From positions 75,206,001 to 75,270,000 of the forward strand of contig NW_027362772.1 in the NCBI RefSeq assembly GCF_046119375.1: a stretch of 64,000 nt of DNA, in the 5' to 3' direction. This stretch comes from Phyllobates terribilis. Lineage: Eukaryota. The notes under the pieces were generated by a model that was not told the origin of the DNA, searched no databases, and saw nothing but the letters and a program-made list of their open reading frames with translations. The position numbers and the translations under genes are program-made. This document shows positions 22,257 through 34,630 of the stretch, one piece after another. Positions within the stretch are counted from its first letter, which is position 1; the number at the start of each line of letters is the position of its first letter.

Positions 22257-22947
22257 TGTCACTCTTCTGCCAGAAGCAAGATGAGAGGGGAGATCTGCCA
22301 CTAGGGAAAGATTAAAGGAGGGCACCCCTGACACTTGCCCTGTGCCACCCTAGGCTCCCTAACGTCCTTAGATGGGTTCTTTCACCCAGTGCAGCAATCA
22401 CGTTTCTATCCCTGTCTTACCCTGAGAACAACCCAGACTAGTGCGTAGGGAAGCAGGAACGCTAGTTCTGCTCTAACATAAATACAGACAAGGATAAAAG
22501 AAACAGCAATCACTCAATGCGCTCCAAGACTACAGAAAGGGGAAAGGGGAAGGAAAAGGTGAGGCAAACCAAATAAGAGATAAGTTAAAGGATTAAACTC
22601 AAACAAACTTCCAAGCAGTTGTCTCCAGAGACAACTCCTAGATGACCTCTCTTCACAGAGCTCACACCTCCAGCTCCAAACCAGGATATAGCAAGCTTTC
22701 ACTGGCAACTACTCAAGCTAAGAGGTGAGTACCTATACCAGAAGGGAGTGGAGAAATCAGAACAGCTGAAATAACTCAGGACGAAGAGCTCTAGGATACA
22801 AACAGAAATGTTTGACCCTTGCAACAACAGAGAAAGGGAAATCTGCACAGCTATCTGGAAGGCAAAGCAGATCCAACAAGTGCAGGTGCACATATAGCCA
22901 GACGCTACGATCTTCTGACCCCTCTCTGTCGCGGTATCCCTGAGACA
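22257..22947. mobile_element. Solo LTR (691 bp), Gypsy-type, 5-bp TSD
   Basis: TGTCAC...GAGACA termini flanked by GGTTT on both sides (22252-22256, 22948-22952). Resembles the LTR at 55817-56394. Confidence 0.8.
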
Positions 22948-23579
22948 GGTTTACATTGGTACCAAGTATTTGCACTTTGCTGGTACTACTGGAGGATACC
23001 ACCCATTAGTTACAAAGTAGAGGTACTACATGTAGATACAACTGCCATCTCTGGCTAACAACATGCACAGGGAATAATACACTTGAATGCAGTGGTGCAG
23101 ACAGCTAACATCCACTATCTTCCATCAGAATCCCATAGTGCCCTTGGCAACAGTATTACTAAATCTATTCTACCAATTGTTACTTCATCTTCTTACATCA
23201 ATACACAAGAGCCTCAATTGCTCTCCTTTTGATCCAGTTCTGCTGGCTTCTTGTCCGTCCAACCTTTTAGGATTTCTACCAGTAGAACCAAATGCTCAGT
23301 CTGACACTTATGGCCAAACAGTGGTGTAATTATCTGGGTCTGGATTGGAGTGTTTTTATTGCAACCACTTGGGATAGCACAGGCAGGTAGCATAGTCAGT
23401 GAACCGCCAGAGGTCGGTACATGGGAACAGCACTATAATATGGAGGAGGAGTAGAAAGAAGAACAGGTGAAGGAAGAAGAGGAGGAGGAATAGAAGGAGA
23501 AGGAGGAGGAGGAGGTAGAGCAGCAGCAGGACACTAATGGATGGAAGCTCAATAATCTCGCAAGGAATTAAGTGCAAGG

Positions 23580-24079
23580 CCAGGTTTAAATAAGGTGTCC
23601 AATCAAGAAACCACAGGTAGAGCCAATCCAACCACAGGGTAGATACTAGTAGCTGAAAGAGCAATTAGCTATCCGGAGCTCAATAGCTCAGAGCGAAAAG
23701 CTGTTGCATGCTGCGCAAGCATCGCTGGGTTCGAGTCCTGACAAGTGCTCAGATTACTCTCTGCAAAGTAACATCCCTTGTTGAAGTAGGTGCAAAAAGT
23801 GCCTTTCTTTCCATGGAGTACGGGTCCGGAGGGATTCCCCGTTAGGGCCAGTTTTAGAGTAGTGTGGTATGGAAACATTTGTGCGGCCATATTTCAGGAG
23901 CAAGTCCTGGACTGACTGAGGGTGTAAGGACCCAAACTCACAGCTTGATACGCGTCTATGATGCTGTCAGTAAGAGTCCTTAGACCCATGTTTGTATTAC
24001 GAGTGCACAAATGTGCCTTGACATTTTCATCTGAAACTGGTGTTGGTGTAAAACAAGGCTCAAAGGTGGGTATACCCAT
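23580..24079 (-). pseudogene. Possible decayed DIRS-type retrotransposon ORF1 (gag-like) C-terminal region
   Basis: ORFs 23894..24079 and 23669..23890 are in one frame separated by a single stop. DSIIDAYQ...*NMAA...KKGTFCTYFNKGCYF...STCQDSNPA resembles the amphibian DIRS ORF1 pattern as I recall it; not verified by search. Confidence 0.4.
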
Positions 24080-24429
24080 TAAAAGGAACCTTTCACTGAA
24101 TTTTTTTATGTAAACTGTGTACCTCCCTCAATTGCCGCTGCTCCATTGATTCTAGAATAGTTTTTTTTTTTTTTTTGGTGACCCTGAGTTCTACGACCAT
24201 GTTCCCAGGTAATAGTAATGCAAATTTTTCCTTTAACTAACGGGGCATGCACCACAGAACTTATTTGTGGGCATGGTTGTGTATTAAATGGCAGAAGCAG
24301 AGTGAAAACAGCAAATGTCCACAGAGTTTTGTGCTACACGCCCAGTTGGTTCAAGGGGATATTTGCACCATTATTTCCAGGTGGCATATCTTACGATGTG
24401 ACTGTGGAATAGAAAATGGACTTGTATAC

Positions 24430-24819
24430 TGTTCCTCAGGCTAGGGATCCCTCTCTATCTCTGTCCCCAGGTTTACCCCTGATGGTGGGGATGCCTGGGT
24501 CTCGTTCCTCACTAATCTGTTAAGTGTATGTGGAGAACACAAACAAGACAGACAGGGCAAAGCAGAAGCACAGTCATACAGAAGCAATCTCACAAGGAAA
24601 AACACTAAGGAACAAAAGTGTAGAGCCAATCAGGCAACAAAGTAACATAAAGACACCAAGGGAAAAGGAAAGATTTCACCAAACACCACTCACACCAACT
24701 TTGGAATAACCACCAGTTATTCAAGATGTGTGTACCTCTCCAGACCAGGATAGACTAACTATAGCTGGCATTACCTGCATAGCAAAGCCAGCATATATAG
24801 AAGGAGAGCAGACATGACA
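24430..24819. mobile_element. LTR-like remnant
   Basis: TG...CA termini and composition similar to the other solo LTRs. No TSD found. Confidence 0.4.
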
Positions 24820-24839
24820 GATATTATCTGCGCGACAGC

Positions 24840-24947
24840 GTGGCAAATCAGGGACGTTCGTGGGCGGAGACGATTTTTTGGTGCGAACAAGCCAGAACCA
24901 CGAACACGAACCCGAAATTGAAATGCCGAACAAATCGCTCAACACTA
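24840..24947. mobile_element. Orphan terminus of a B-family hAT element or MITE
   Basis: CGAAC-rich subterminal region ending in CGCTCAACACTA (24936-24947). Confidence 0.7.
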
Positions 24948-26010
24948 CTTGTGACAGCATAACTTTGAAACGAAGAGGCACAGAAGAAAAAAGAAAACTG
25001 TTCCAGAATCAGTGAAGTAGCACCAATTGGTGGAGGTACTCAGTTTTGATGAAAAAAATCCAATGGGAGGACCCCTTTAAGGTGTCAGATCCCGCCTAAT
25101 GAGCTTAATATTTTCTGACTTAGCTGTGTACCGTACCAGGTATATATGGCCCTGTCATTAGCAATGTTTATTGGCGCATAGCACGATATTGCTGACAAGG
25201 GTTAACCACGGGAGCATAAACATTCATATTCGCACCGTGGGTTGAATGTGGGTGTAAACCATTAAATAAATTGCACCGGGTTCATGCTTCCATTAATCTA
25301 TTGAAAGGGTTTTGTTGGCTCTGTGTGTTTCCCTTTATGTCATATGAGTCAACATCGGTAATATAGGTTGTGATATATGTGAGTCATAAAGTGGCCAGGA
25401 GCAAGACGGCTATGCTGAGTCAGCCCGAAGAGACGACCTGGGAAGAGACAGAAAAAGAGCCAATGATTTACATTTTCAGCCAAACGGTGTCTTTGGTAGC
25501 GAGTGATTTGTTACGATAACCTATGTGAATAATTTAGTAAGTGTTTTACCTCTTGTAATCTTCGTCAGGTGCCCCAGCTGTGCGTTAGCTCTCCGCGAGC
25601 CTTCCTCTTATCTCTAGCAGGCACAAGCCCAGGGAGCTTTGTATTAATTCCCCTTCTATCTTTTCATCATTCCAGTTCTTTAACAATGAGTTTGATTTCA
25701 AGTGCACATTTTAATATTCCTGTTTACGCTGTTAATTATGCAGCATTAGCTGGAAACACCTCTTTATCATAGGGAAGTCAAACTGTTTTTTTTATGACAT
25801 TAGCGGCTATTGATTAAAGCAACGGCAAAGCTTTCAGCAGAGAGACTCTCCGTAAGGCTAATTCCGCATTAAATATGATGAGATTTGTGTTATGTCCATT
25901 AAGGCACGAGCTGCAATAATTTAGGCAGGAGTTTTGTTAAAGGATAACCATTAAGCAATTCTTTGGTTAAGCTGGGAAGTCACCCTCTAGCAGAAAAAAA
26001 TAAATATATA

Positions 26011-26375
26011 CAGTATTGTGCAAAAGGTTTTAGGCAGGTGCAGAAAAAAATGCTGTAAAGCAAGAAGAAGTGCTAATAGTTTATTTGTACAAATTAAGAA
26101 AATGCAAAAGTGGACAAAAGAGAAATCTAAAATCCAATATTTTCCTGACCGCCATTTGCCTTCATCAATTATTCTATACGTAGATTTTGAAAAAACTCAT
26201 CAGGGAGGTTGTTCCAAACATCTTGGACAACTAACCACAGATCTTCAGTGGATGTCGCTTATGCAGATCATTCTATCTCTTCATGTAATCCCAAACAGAC
26301 TGGATGATGGGAGATCAGGGCTCCGTGGGGGCCGGATCATCATTTTCAGAACTCCTTGTTCTCCTTTTTGCTGAA
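26011..26375 (-). mobile_element. 3' end of a Tc1 transposon (TIR plus transposase C-terminus)
   Basis: TA then CAGTATTGTGCAAAAGGTTTTAGGCAGGTG. Minus strand encodes RPPRSPDLPIIQSVWDYMKR...LWLVVQDVWNNLP. Confidence 0.8.
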
Positions 26376-26387
26376 GATCATTCTTAA

Positions 26388-26717
26388 AGAGGTTGTCCAT
26401 GACTTTAACATTGATGACCTACCCTTTTGATAGGTCATCAATGTCTGATCGGTGGGGGTTGTGACACCTTACACCCCCGCCGATCAGCTGTTCCCAGTGC
26501 TGGCGATGGTCGGAACTGCTCAACTGCAGAGCAGTGGATGTGTAATACCTGGCCATTGCCACTATATAGTTGACAGAGCTGTGCTGTGCAGCAATGCAAC
26601 TGAACAGTTCTGGCCGGCGACATCGGGAACAGCTGATCGGTTTGGGTGCCAGGTGTGGCACCTCCACCGATGAGATATTTATGATCTATACTTAGTCCTA
26701 AGTCGTGGACAACCCCT
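26388..26717. mobile_element. TTAA-flanked palindromic MITE (T2/Kolobok-type)
   Basis: TTAA-AGAGGTTGTCCATGACTT ... AAGTCGTGGACAACCCCT-TTAA, with extended internal inverted repeats. Confidence 0.88.
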
Positions 26718-26796
26718 TTAATTACATTGGCTGTATTTTTGGCCTCGTTTTCCTGCTTCAGAATAAATTTAAAGCCAATCAGATGCCTCTAATTTC

Positions 26797-27021
26797 TTGC
26801 TTATTTTGGGAATTTAGGAGTCCAGTAGGCGGGCTTATCCAATAATTGATAGCCTTTCCTGTATGAGTATGCATACAGAGAAAGTTGTCAATCACTGAAT
26901 AGGACCAGGTGTGGTTTTACTCCATGATTGTCAGCTATTTCTATATGCATACTCATACTGGAAAGGCTGTTAATCATTGAGCAGGACCGCCTACTGGACT
27001 CCTTAACTCCCGGAATAAGCA
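26797..27021. mobile_element. Palindromic MITE core
   Basis: Arms CTTATTTTGGGAATTTAGGAGTCCAGTAGGCGG and CCGCCTACTGGACTCCTTAACTCCCGGAATAAG are reverse complements; the interior is also self-complementary. Confidence 0.75.
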
Positions 27022-27526
27022 GGGATTTACTGTATCTTATGCTTAACATTTTCCCACAATGTTGTATATCAATCTTCTCAGCTCCTCATGCTTTATTATA
27101 AGCTGCCTTTAGTTTGAGTGTTTGATGTAACATGTTCCCATTAAGGAGTTGTCTCATCAAGACCGGGCATATGGATGTTATGGAGGGAGCTCTCAATCTA
27201 AATTGAAACTGTTCATATATTACATGGTTGGCCATTTATTTAAATGCTGTATTATAGGCTACCATATTTAACAACAGTTAGAGAACCAAAATCAGGAGAA
27301 TTAAGCCACACTCCAAAGGAAAAACCCTAAATTGCCCAGGAGCCCCACTATTTGGATACTTGCAAAAACTTTGACCCATTTTCTGTCCAGTTCATGGGAT
27401 TTTCCTGGCAAAATTAGGACTATTGGAAAGTATATAATATATTTCCCCAGTATTAATCACTGCAGGGAAATATACAGCCTATGACAACTGGTTGTGAGAT
27501 GCCAAAAATGTGGCTTCAATCTATAT

Positions 27527-27760
27527 GGGCAGCAAGGTGGCTCAGTGGTTAGCACTGGTGCGTTGCAATTTTGGAGTCCCGGGTACAATTCCCACAAAGA
27601 ACAACATCTGCAAAGACTTTGCATGTTCTCCCCATGTTTGCGTGGGTTTCCTCCAGGTTCTCTGGTTCCTTCACATTTTTCAAAGGCATACGGATAGGGA
27701 ATGTAGATTGTGAGCCCCAATGGGGGCAGTGATGATGTCTGTAAAGTGCTGTAGAATAGT
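27527..27760 (+). mobile_element. tRNA-derived V-SINE
   Basis: A box GGTGGCTCAGTGGTTAGCAC and degenerate B box. V domain TGCATGTTCTCCCCATGTTTGCGTGGGTTTCCTCCAGG. L2-like tail TAGATTGTGAGC...GTAAAGTGCTG. Confidence 0.9.
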
Positions 27761-27974
27761 CTTTTTGAGATCACTCCTTTATAGCATATTTACACGTATA
27801 CAAGTTGCACCAATAATATGTCCTCCTTTGACCCCCATGTAACTAAATTCTCCTATAGGAGTCCAATATAGGTGAATTAAACAATTGAGTGGGGTATATG
27901 CAACACAGTGATCCAGGAAACAGCAGATAACACAAGAAAATTGGAGCAAAATGCTTTGACTAGTTGGCCTACAT

Positions 27975-28528
27975 TGTAAATTTTACGAATACCTATTGTG
28001 GTAGATCGCTCATTCAGCTGCACACGGAAGTAGACACAGGTATGCTGTCTCTTAAAATCTCTTGTTGGTTTATTAGAATGTGGCATAAACCAACATTGAG
28101 TCCATGAAAATAAACACAGCCCCTTGGGTAAAACGAGAAAACAAACAAAACAACATGATTACCACAACACAGTCCTTGTGCTAGCAGGGGTCCGCCTGCT
28201 CAGAGTTTAACAACTCCCCATGGTTCAGGTCAACACAGAACACACATCTCCTTTCTGGAGTATGCCTCTCCAGATACACTGAACAACTAATACCTCAGCA
28301 GGCCTTGTATTTAAACCCCAGACTACACCCTGAGGTGGAGATATGGAGAACAACCTCCTGCCCGCTCTATGGTTGTTCTCATAAAAACACGCCCTTTTAC
28401 AAAATGGTGAATTAACCCCTCTCAGCAAATAACATGCTGGAGGAAACCTAACTATTTTAATTCACTGAAGCTAATAGCCTCAGGGAAACATATCTCCCCT
28501 CCAGCACTTTACCAGTGACTTTGTCACA
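27975..28528. mobile_element. LTR-like remnant
   Basis: TG...GTCACA termini and LTR-like composition. No TSD found. Confidence 0.4.
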
Positions 28529-28751
28529 CTATAAACCCAGGGATTGTGTATTATTTATACTTCTGGTCCAACCTTAGTTTGGCACCAAGTTGTTGAAACT
28601 TTAAAAATTTCACTGACTTGTAAAATAGTAAAGTCAACCCACTGAACAACTTGATACTACGTTAAAATACACCTTATAGAGACTGTCAGTCATAGTTAAC
28701 CACCTTGTCTTGTACCTATAATTTCATGGTGCAATATCTCGGTCACTTCAA

Positions 28752-29211
28752 AGGGTTTATTCCCATCTTCAAAGATAGATACTATCACATTGTTCTTGTA
28801 AAAACAAACACTTTTGCAATTTACGGCTTATTAAAATTTTCAGCCATTCTTGAGATATTAACACTTTTTACAGATTACAGTTCGTTACCTTAGAGCCCGA
28901 CCACCTCTCCTGTCTAACTTGGGAGGATTGCACCCAAGCTGGCCGGGATCAGGAGGCAACAGCATGGTGTAGCAATCCTGGCTAGCCTAAAACAGTGCTT
29001 ACAAAGTCAATGGAAAAGACTTTGTAAGCAATGCACATGTTCTGTTTGCATTGCAGCAGTGGTCGGTCTTCAAGGCAACGAGCAGTAAATAAATGAAAAA
29101 TGTTAATATCTCAAGAATGGCTGAAAATTGTAATAAGCAGTAAATTGCAAAATTGCTTGTATTTACAAGTACTATACGACAACGCTCAATTCTGAAAATG
29201 GGAATAACCCT
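28752..29211. mobile_element. TTAA-type palindromic MITE
   Basis: AGGGTTTATTCCCAT / ATGGGAATAACCCT-TTAA. Long inverted arms (TTTCAGCCATTCTTGAGATATTAACA / TGTTAATATCTCAAGAATGGCTGAAA). Confidence 0.85.
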
Positions 29212-30169
29212 TTAAGTCAATGGTCAATGCCCCTAAAGCTTCTTTCAAAATCTGATATGCTTTATATTGTATTGGGGCAAAATGTTTAAGCACCTATTGT
29301 AACCAGGGTTTGATCGATGATCATTGCTCATTTGAGAACTCATTTACATGGACGGATTTCTGGAGAAACGAGCGCCAATCAGAAGTACTGTAAAACAAGT
29401 CAATGAGCACAGGTGACTGTATTTGGTGCCCGGGGGTATTAGTTGCAACTATCTTTGGCTATGTGTGAAATTGACTCATCTGTCTGAAGTAAACATAAAT
29501 TAGAGGACAAATCGAAAATGAAAAACCCTAATGAAATGTCAAAGTAAAGAAAAACAGATATAAATAGAAGGTTAGAACATAAAATGTTCTTGACAAACAA
29601 GCATGAAACTGAGAAAATGAGACTTTTCACGAGGTGATAATTCTGTTTAGGATGTCATCTAGGTTTTCATAATGGATAATTATATCTGATTTAAAGATAA
29701 CATTGTAGATTCACAGTAAATACCCAGCCCAACAGAATATTTCCCAAGAGGAACTTGGATTGATGATAGTCAGGTGAAATATTAGACTGAAGAAGAAGAA
29801 GTAGTGTAGATAATAGATAGTTTTTACATCTGCATGAACATAGAGTCTTTGCTGAAGGAGGATCCACATATTTCAGCCCTGAGAATATTTTCAGTTGGAA
29901 GCCAGAAGAAGCCATGATGACAGAGCAGGAACAAGGCAGGTCCATGGAGTCAGTATAGGTGCATAAAGCCAGGATTGGAATATGGAGTCGGGACAGGAGA
30001 ATGGAGCGAGGATTGGTATGTGGAGCCCACATATGTTAGGACAGGAGGATCCAGGGCAGAAAGGTAAAGCCAGGAAAGGAAAGTAGAGCTAAGACTGGTA
30101 TGTTGAGTTAGAAAAGAAAAGTGGAGCTATGACTGGAATGTAAAGTTAGTAAACAAGGATGGAGCCCAG

Positions 30170-30560
30170 ACTAGGATGAGAAGCCAAGATTTGAACCTAA
30201 AGCTAGGACTGGGGTGTGGAGCTAGGAAGGGAGGATGGAGCCAGGACTAGAATGAGAAGTCAAGGTATGAACCTAGAGTGGGGACTGGGGTGTGGAGCTA
30301 GGAAGGGAGGATGGAGCCAGAACTAGGATGAGAAATCAAGGTTTGAACCTAGAGTGAGGACTGGGGTGTGGAGCTAGGATGGGAGGATGGAGCCAGGACT
30401 AGGATGAGAAGTCAAGGTTTGAACCTAGAGCGAGGACTTGGGTGTGGAGTTAGGATGGGAGGATGGAGCCAGGACTAGGATGAGAAGTCAAGGTTTGAAC
30501 CTAGAGTGAGGACTGGGGTGTGGAGCTAGGATGGGAGGATGGAGCCAGGACTAGGATGTG
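30170..30560. repeat. 76-bp tandem repeat (~5 copies) within a larger degenerate purine-rich tract (~29900-31350)
   Basis: GAACCTA at 30193, 30269, 30345, 30421 and 30497. Confidence 0.9.
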
Positions 30561-32357
30561 GAGATGGGATAAGAGGTTGGATCTAGTACTGGGATGTGAA
30601 GCAAGTACAGGAACTCAGAGACCGGACAATGATGTAGAGCCAGGACAGAAAGGTGGTTCCTGAACTGGGATGTGTATACAAGACAGGAACATAGAACGAG
30701 GACTATGGTTTGAAGCCAGGGAAGGAAGATTGAGTTAGAAGTCGGATGTGAAGGTATGATTAGCATATGGTACCAGGACTAAAAGGTTGAACCAGGACTG
30801 GGATATGGAACAAGAAAAGGTAGGTGGATCCCAGACTGGGATGTGGAGCCAGGACATGAACGAGGAGCCAGGACAGGGACGTGAAGTTAGGACAAGAAGT
30901 TGGAGGCAGCACTGGTAATTAGAGCCAGGACAGGACAGTGCAGCCAAAATGAGGCCATGCAGCCAGTACAGAAGCTTGGATTGGGATGTGGAGCCATAAC
31001 ATGAACTTTGAGACATTACAGAAAGTTGGAGGAAGAACTGGGATATAGAGCAAAGACAAGAAGGTGTTACCAGGACTGGGATGTGGAACTAGGACAGAAA
31101 GGTTAAGATAGGACATTGGACGTGGAGCCAAGACTGATAGTTGAAGTCAGGAAAGGAAGATGTAGCTAGCACTAGGATTTAGACACAGAAAAGAAAGGGG
31201 GAACTAGGACTGCAACATGGAATCATGAGAGAAATGTAAAGTATGTAGAGGGACTGTGATTGCAGGACAAAAGCAGGGTAGAAACTCTAACCAGGAAACA
31301 GAAGAAGACCAGGAAGTGGAAATAGAAGATACCAGAAATGCCATTGAGAAGAAGACTTGGGTTAGAACCAATATCAGGAATTGTATCCAGGATAGACATC
31401 TTTGTCAGCGATCCTTGCTAGTGACATTAGTCTGCCTACGAATACCATTGACAGTGGTGTTCATAAAATATGGATACAGTATGATATATGATTATGGAAA
31501 TTTAGCACCTTGACACCTCCCTAATAATTTTTATTATCGCAGCATGAGACAGTAGACTTCTCCTTGACCCCTTTATTCGTTTTATCTCATTAAAAATATT
31601 GGTGGGATATTCCTAGGCGGTCCAATCAAAATGTCTCCAACTAATGTTCAATCATACTGTATTTCCAAAACCATAAAGCTGAATGGGATCATCAAGACCC
31701 AAAGCTGTGCTGCCCTGTTCTGCTGCTGCTATGCTCTAATGATCAGAGGGGGACAGATCTTTGAACTTCAAAGAATAAATGTTAACAAATCCCATATCCT
31801 AACATTCTTCTCACTTGAGGGAGTTGGGTGGCTGGATGGACACCGATCAGTGACGATCCAGGTATTGTATTTGTGGACATGTGAATATGGTGTGCGTTTA
31901 AACCCTTCTAGAGAAAATTATGGTTGTTTCCCTGTTTCTATAGATGACGTGTATCAGACAATGTTTCTTCGGAATTTAACATGTTATAGACCTTCAGTCA
32001 AAATTCATGATTTCTACCATTGGGTAATGATTTCAGTTTGCTTATTTTTACTTCATGTTGAGGAATACGCTTAAATTGGTCAAGATCTACTTCATTCTTT
32101 TCCTTGCCATCCACTGTACCCTCAAAGACATCAATACTTTGCCTTTTGTAGCCAGTTAAGGCAATGACCTTCTTTTATCTCTTGTTACTTTGCCCTTTTT
32201 GAATCCAATATGTTTCGTAAATTTCTATCAATGTAAGTCTCTGTGATATGAGACAAAAGTTGAAGCTGTAGGACAAAATCTGTGATGGACATGGTATTCA
32301 AGTAGACTTTAGAAAAGCTTGAATATTTTAATGATGATAAGGTAGGACATTGAATCA

Positions 32358-32387
32358 GACGTTTCAGTCTAGTAGGACTTTCATCAG
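32358..32387 (-). ncRNA. Minimal hammerhead ribozyme core, Penelope-type
   Basis: Minus strand CTGATGA-A-AGTC-CTACTA-GACT-GAAAC-GTC: catalytic boxes, stem II and a GUC triplet after a palindromic ACGT. Confidence 0.65.
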
Positions 32388-32590
32388 GGTATACATTGCT
32401 TAGAATAAGGTATATACCCAAGGGAAAATGCAGTGTCCAGCGCCAGTATTCAATGGCACAATTGAACTAGCGGTGGACCTCGCGTTCATACTGCCGTTTC
32501 TTTCCCTCACTGAACTGCCAACCTGAAAACACTTATGCTGGACACTGCATTTTTCCTTGTGCATATACCTTACTCTAAGCAATGCGTACA

Positions 32591-32620
32591 CTGATGAAGG
32601 TCTTACTAGACCGAAATGTC
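32591..32620 (+). ncRNA. Minimal hammerhead ribozyme core, Penelope-type, with a C>T change after GAAA
   Basis: CTGATGA-A-GGTCT-TACT-AGACC-GAAAT-GTC. Confidence 0.55.
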
Positions 32621-32951
32621 TGTTTAATTGTACTACCTTATCATCATTAAAATATTCAAGATTTTCTAAAGTCTACCTGAGTGCCAAGTTCTCCTTCACA
32701 TATATCAGGCTTTGGACTCTACTTGAGCACCACCAACTACCAGGAGTGCGGTAATTTGTCTTTCTGCCTTAAAATCTGTGATGAGACCTCTGTCATGTTC
32801 CAAATAATACTGTTGTCTTCTTATATGGCATAGGGGCATTTGGCCCATATTAAGCACCGGGACCCAAGTGTGATTGCTGCCATTTTATACCTTATAGTTA
32901 TGCCAAACAATGAAAGGAGACTTCTGGATGCTCTTTCCATTACTTTACGTT

Positions 32952-34452
32952 TTAGGTCAATTAGGATTACCATCATTTTTAATTTTTGCCAAATGCCAGA
33001 ATAATGAGAGATAGAGAATATTTTAAGGCATTTTTATTACTCACTACAAAGTCAAAAGTTTACATACATTTCATTACTATTTGGTACCATTGCCCTTAAA
33101 CTGAATGACTTGGGTCAAACGTTTGGGATATCCTTCCACAAGCTTCTCACAATAGTTGGTCAGAATTTGGGCCCATTCCTGACAAAACTGGTGTAACTGA
33201 TCCAGGTTTGAAGGTCGACTTGCTCGCACCAGCCTTTTCATCTTTCCCATAAATTTTCAATAGGATTGAGATCAGGGCTTTGTGATGGCCACTCCAAAAC
33301 ATTGACTTTGATATCCTTAAGCCACTTTGCTACCATTTTGGCAGTATACTTTGGGTCATTGTCCATTTGGAAGACCCATTTCCGCCCAAGCTTTAACTTC
33401 CCGGCTCATGTCTTGAGATGTTGTTTCAGTATTGCCACATAATCTTCTTTTTTCAAGATGCCATCTATTTTGTGAAGTGCACCAGTCCCTCCTGCAGCAA
33501 AGCAACCCCACAACATGATGCTGCCTCCCCCATGTTTCACAGTTGGGATGGTGTCCTTAGGCTTCCAAACTCCTCCCTTTTTCCTCCAAACGTAACGATG
33601 GTCATTATGCCCAAAAAGATCAACTTTAGTTTCCTCAGACCACAGGACATGTCTCCAAAAATTAAGGTCTTTGTTTCTGTGTGCATTTGCAAACATTAAT
33701 CTTGCTTTTTTATGTTTCCTTTGGAGTAATGACTTTTTCCTGGCAGAGTAGCCTTTCAGCCCATGTTGATACAGTACTCGTATCATTGTGGATAGAGACA
33801 CAATCTTACCAGCTTCTGCCATCATCTTAACAAGGTCTTTGCTTTTGTCCTTTGGTTGATATGCACATGTCGGACCAAAGCACGTTCATCTCTGGGACAC
33901 AGAACTCGTCTCCATCCTGAGCGGTATGATGGCTGGACATTCCAATCTTGTTTGTACTTGTGTATAATTGTTTGTACAGATGATATCTTGAAATTGTACC
34001 CAAGGATGAGCCAGACTTGTGCAAGTCCACAATTCTCTTCCTGATATCATGGCTGATTTCTTTAGACGTTCCCATGATGCTACACAAAGAAGCAGTGTGT
34101 TTCGGGTATGCATTAAAATGCATCCCCAGGTGTGCCTCTAATTAACTCAGATGTTGCCAAAAAACCTATCAGAAGCTTCCAAACACATGACATCATCATA
34201 TGGGCAGTCTAGAATTGTTTAAGCGCATAGTAATCTTAGTGTATGTAAAGTTATGATTTTGCAGTAAGTAATAAAAATGCCTTCAAACATTCTCTCTCTC
34301 TCATTATTCTGGCATTTGACAAATATTAAAAATGATGGTAATCCTAACTGACCTAAAAAGGGAAAAGTTTATTCTGATTTCATGTCAGATATTGAGAAAA
34401 ACATGCATATGTGTCTTTTTATATAGTGTATCGAAACTTCCGGTTTCAACTG
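32952..34452 (-). mobile_element. Sleeping-Beauty-like Tc1 transposon, defective; outer part of the left TIR missing
   Basis: Right terminus is the reverse complement of CAGTTGAAACCGGAAGTTT followed by TA. Long TIRs. Fragments MGTSKEISHDIRKRIVDLHKSGSSLGTISR and LWSEETKVDLFGHNDHRYVWRKKG...TVKHGGGSIMLWGCF. Confidence 0.92.
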
Positions 34453-34630
34453 TACATGTACTTGTCTCCAGCACTGATTAATATTAACCAAAAACAAATT
34501 GGGTAAATGACCTAAGGTTCTAACCCCTCCAATCAATAATTTACATGAACTATAAGTTTATGAAGTCTATGAATAGTGGCTTGGAAACATGGCACCTGAA
34601 CATTGTTACATTGGCATTCTTAAGTTATTA

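Larger units (their letters stand above)
32297..32682. mobile_element. Penelope-like element terminus in inverted-repeat arrangement (arms ~32297-32442 and ~32537-32682)
   Basis: Arms are roughly 85-90% identical reverse complements by manual alignment. Each encodes a similar peptide (YPDESPTRLKR / YTDEGLTRPK) and carries a CTGATGA...GAAA core. Confidence 0.75.

Noticed and set aside
23430-23535. Leu-rich, membrane-like ORF 23356..23664
   Set aside because: Arises from a (GAG/GAA)n purine-rich low-complexity tract.
31631-32074. 147-aa ORF
   Set aside because: No recognisable motif, exon structure or codon pattern. Treated as a chance ORF.
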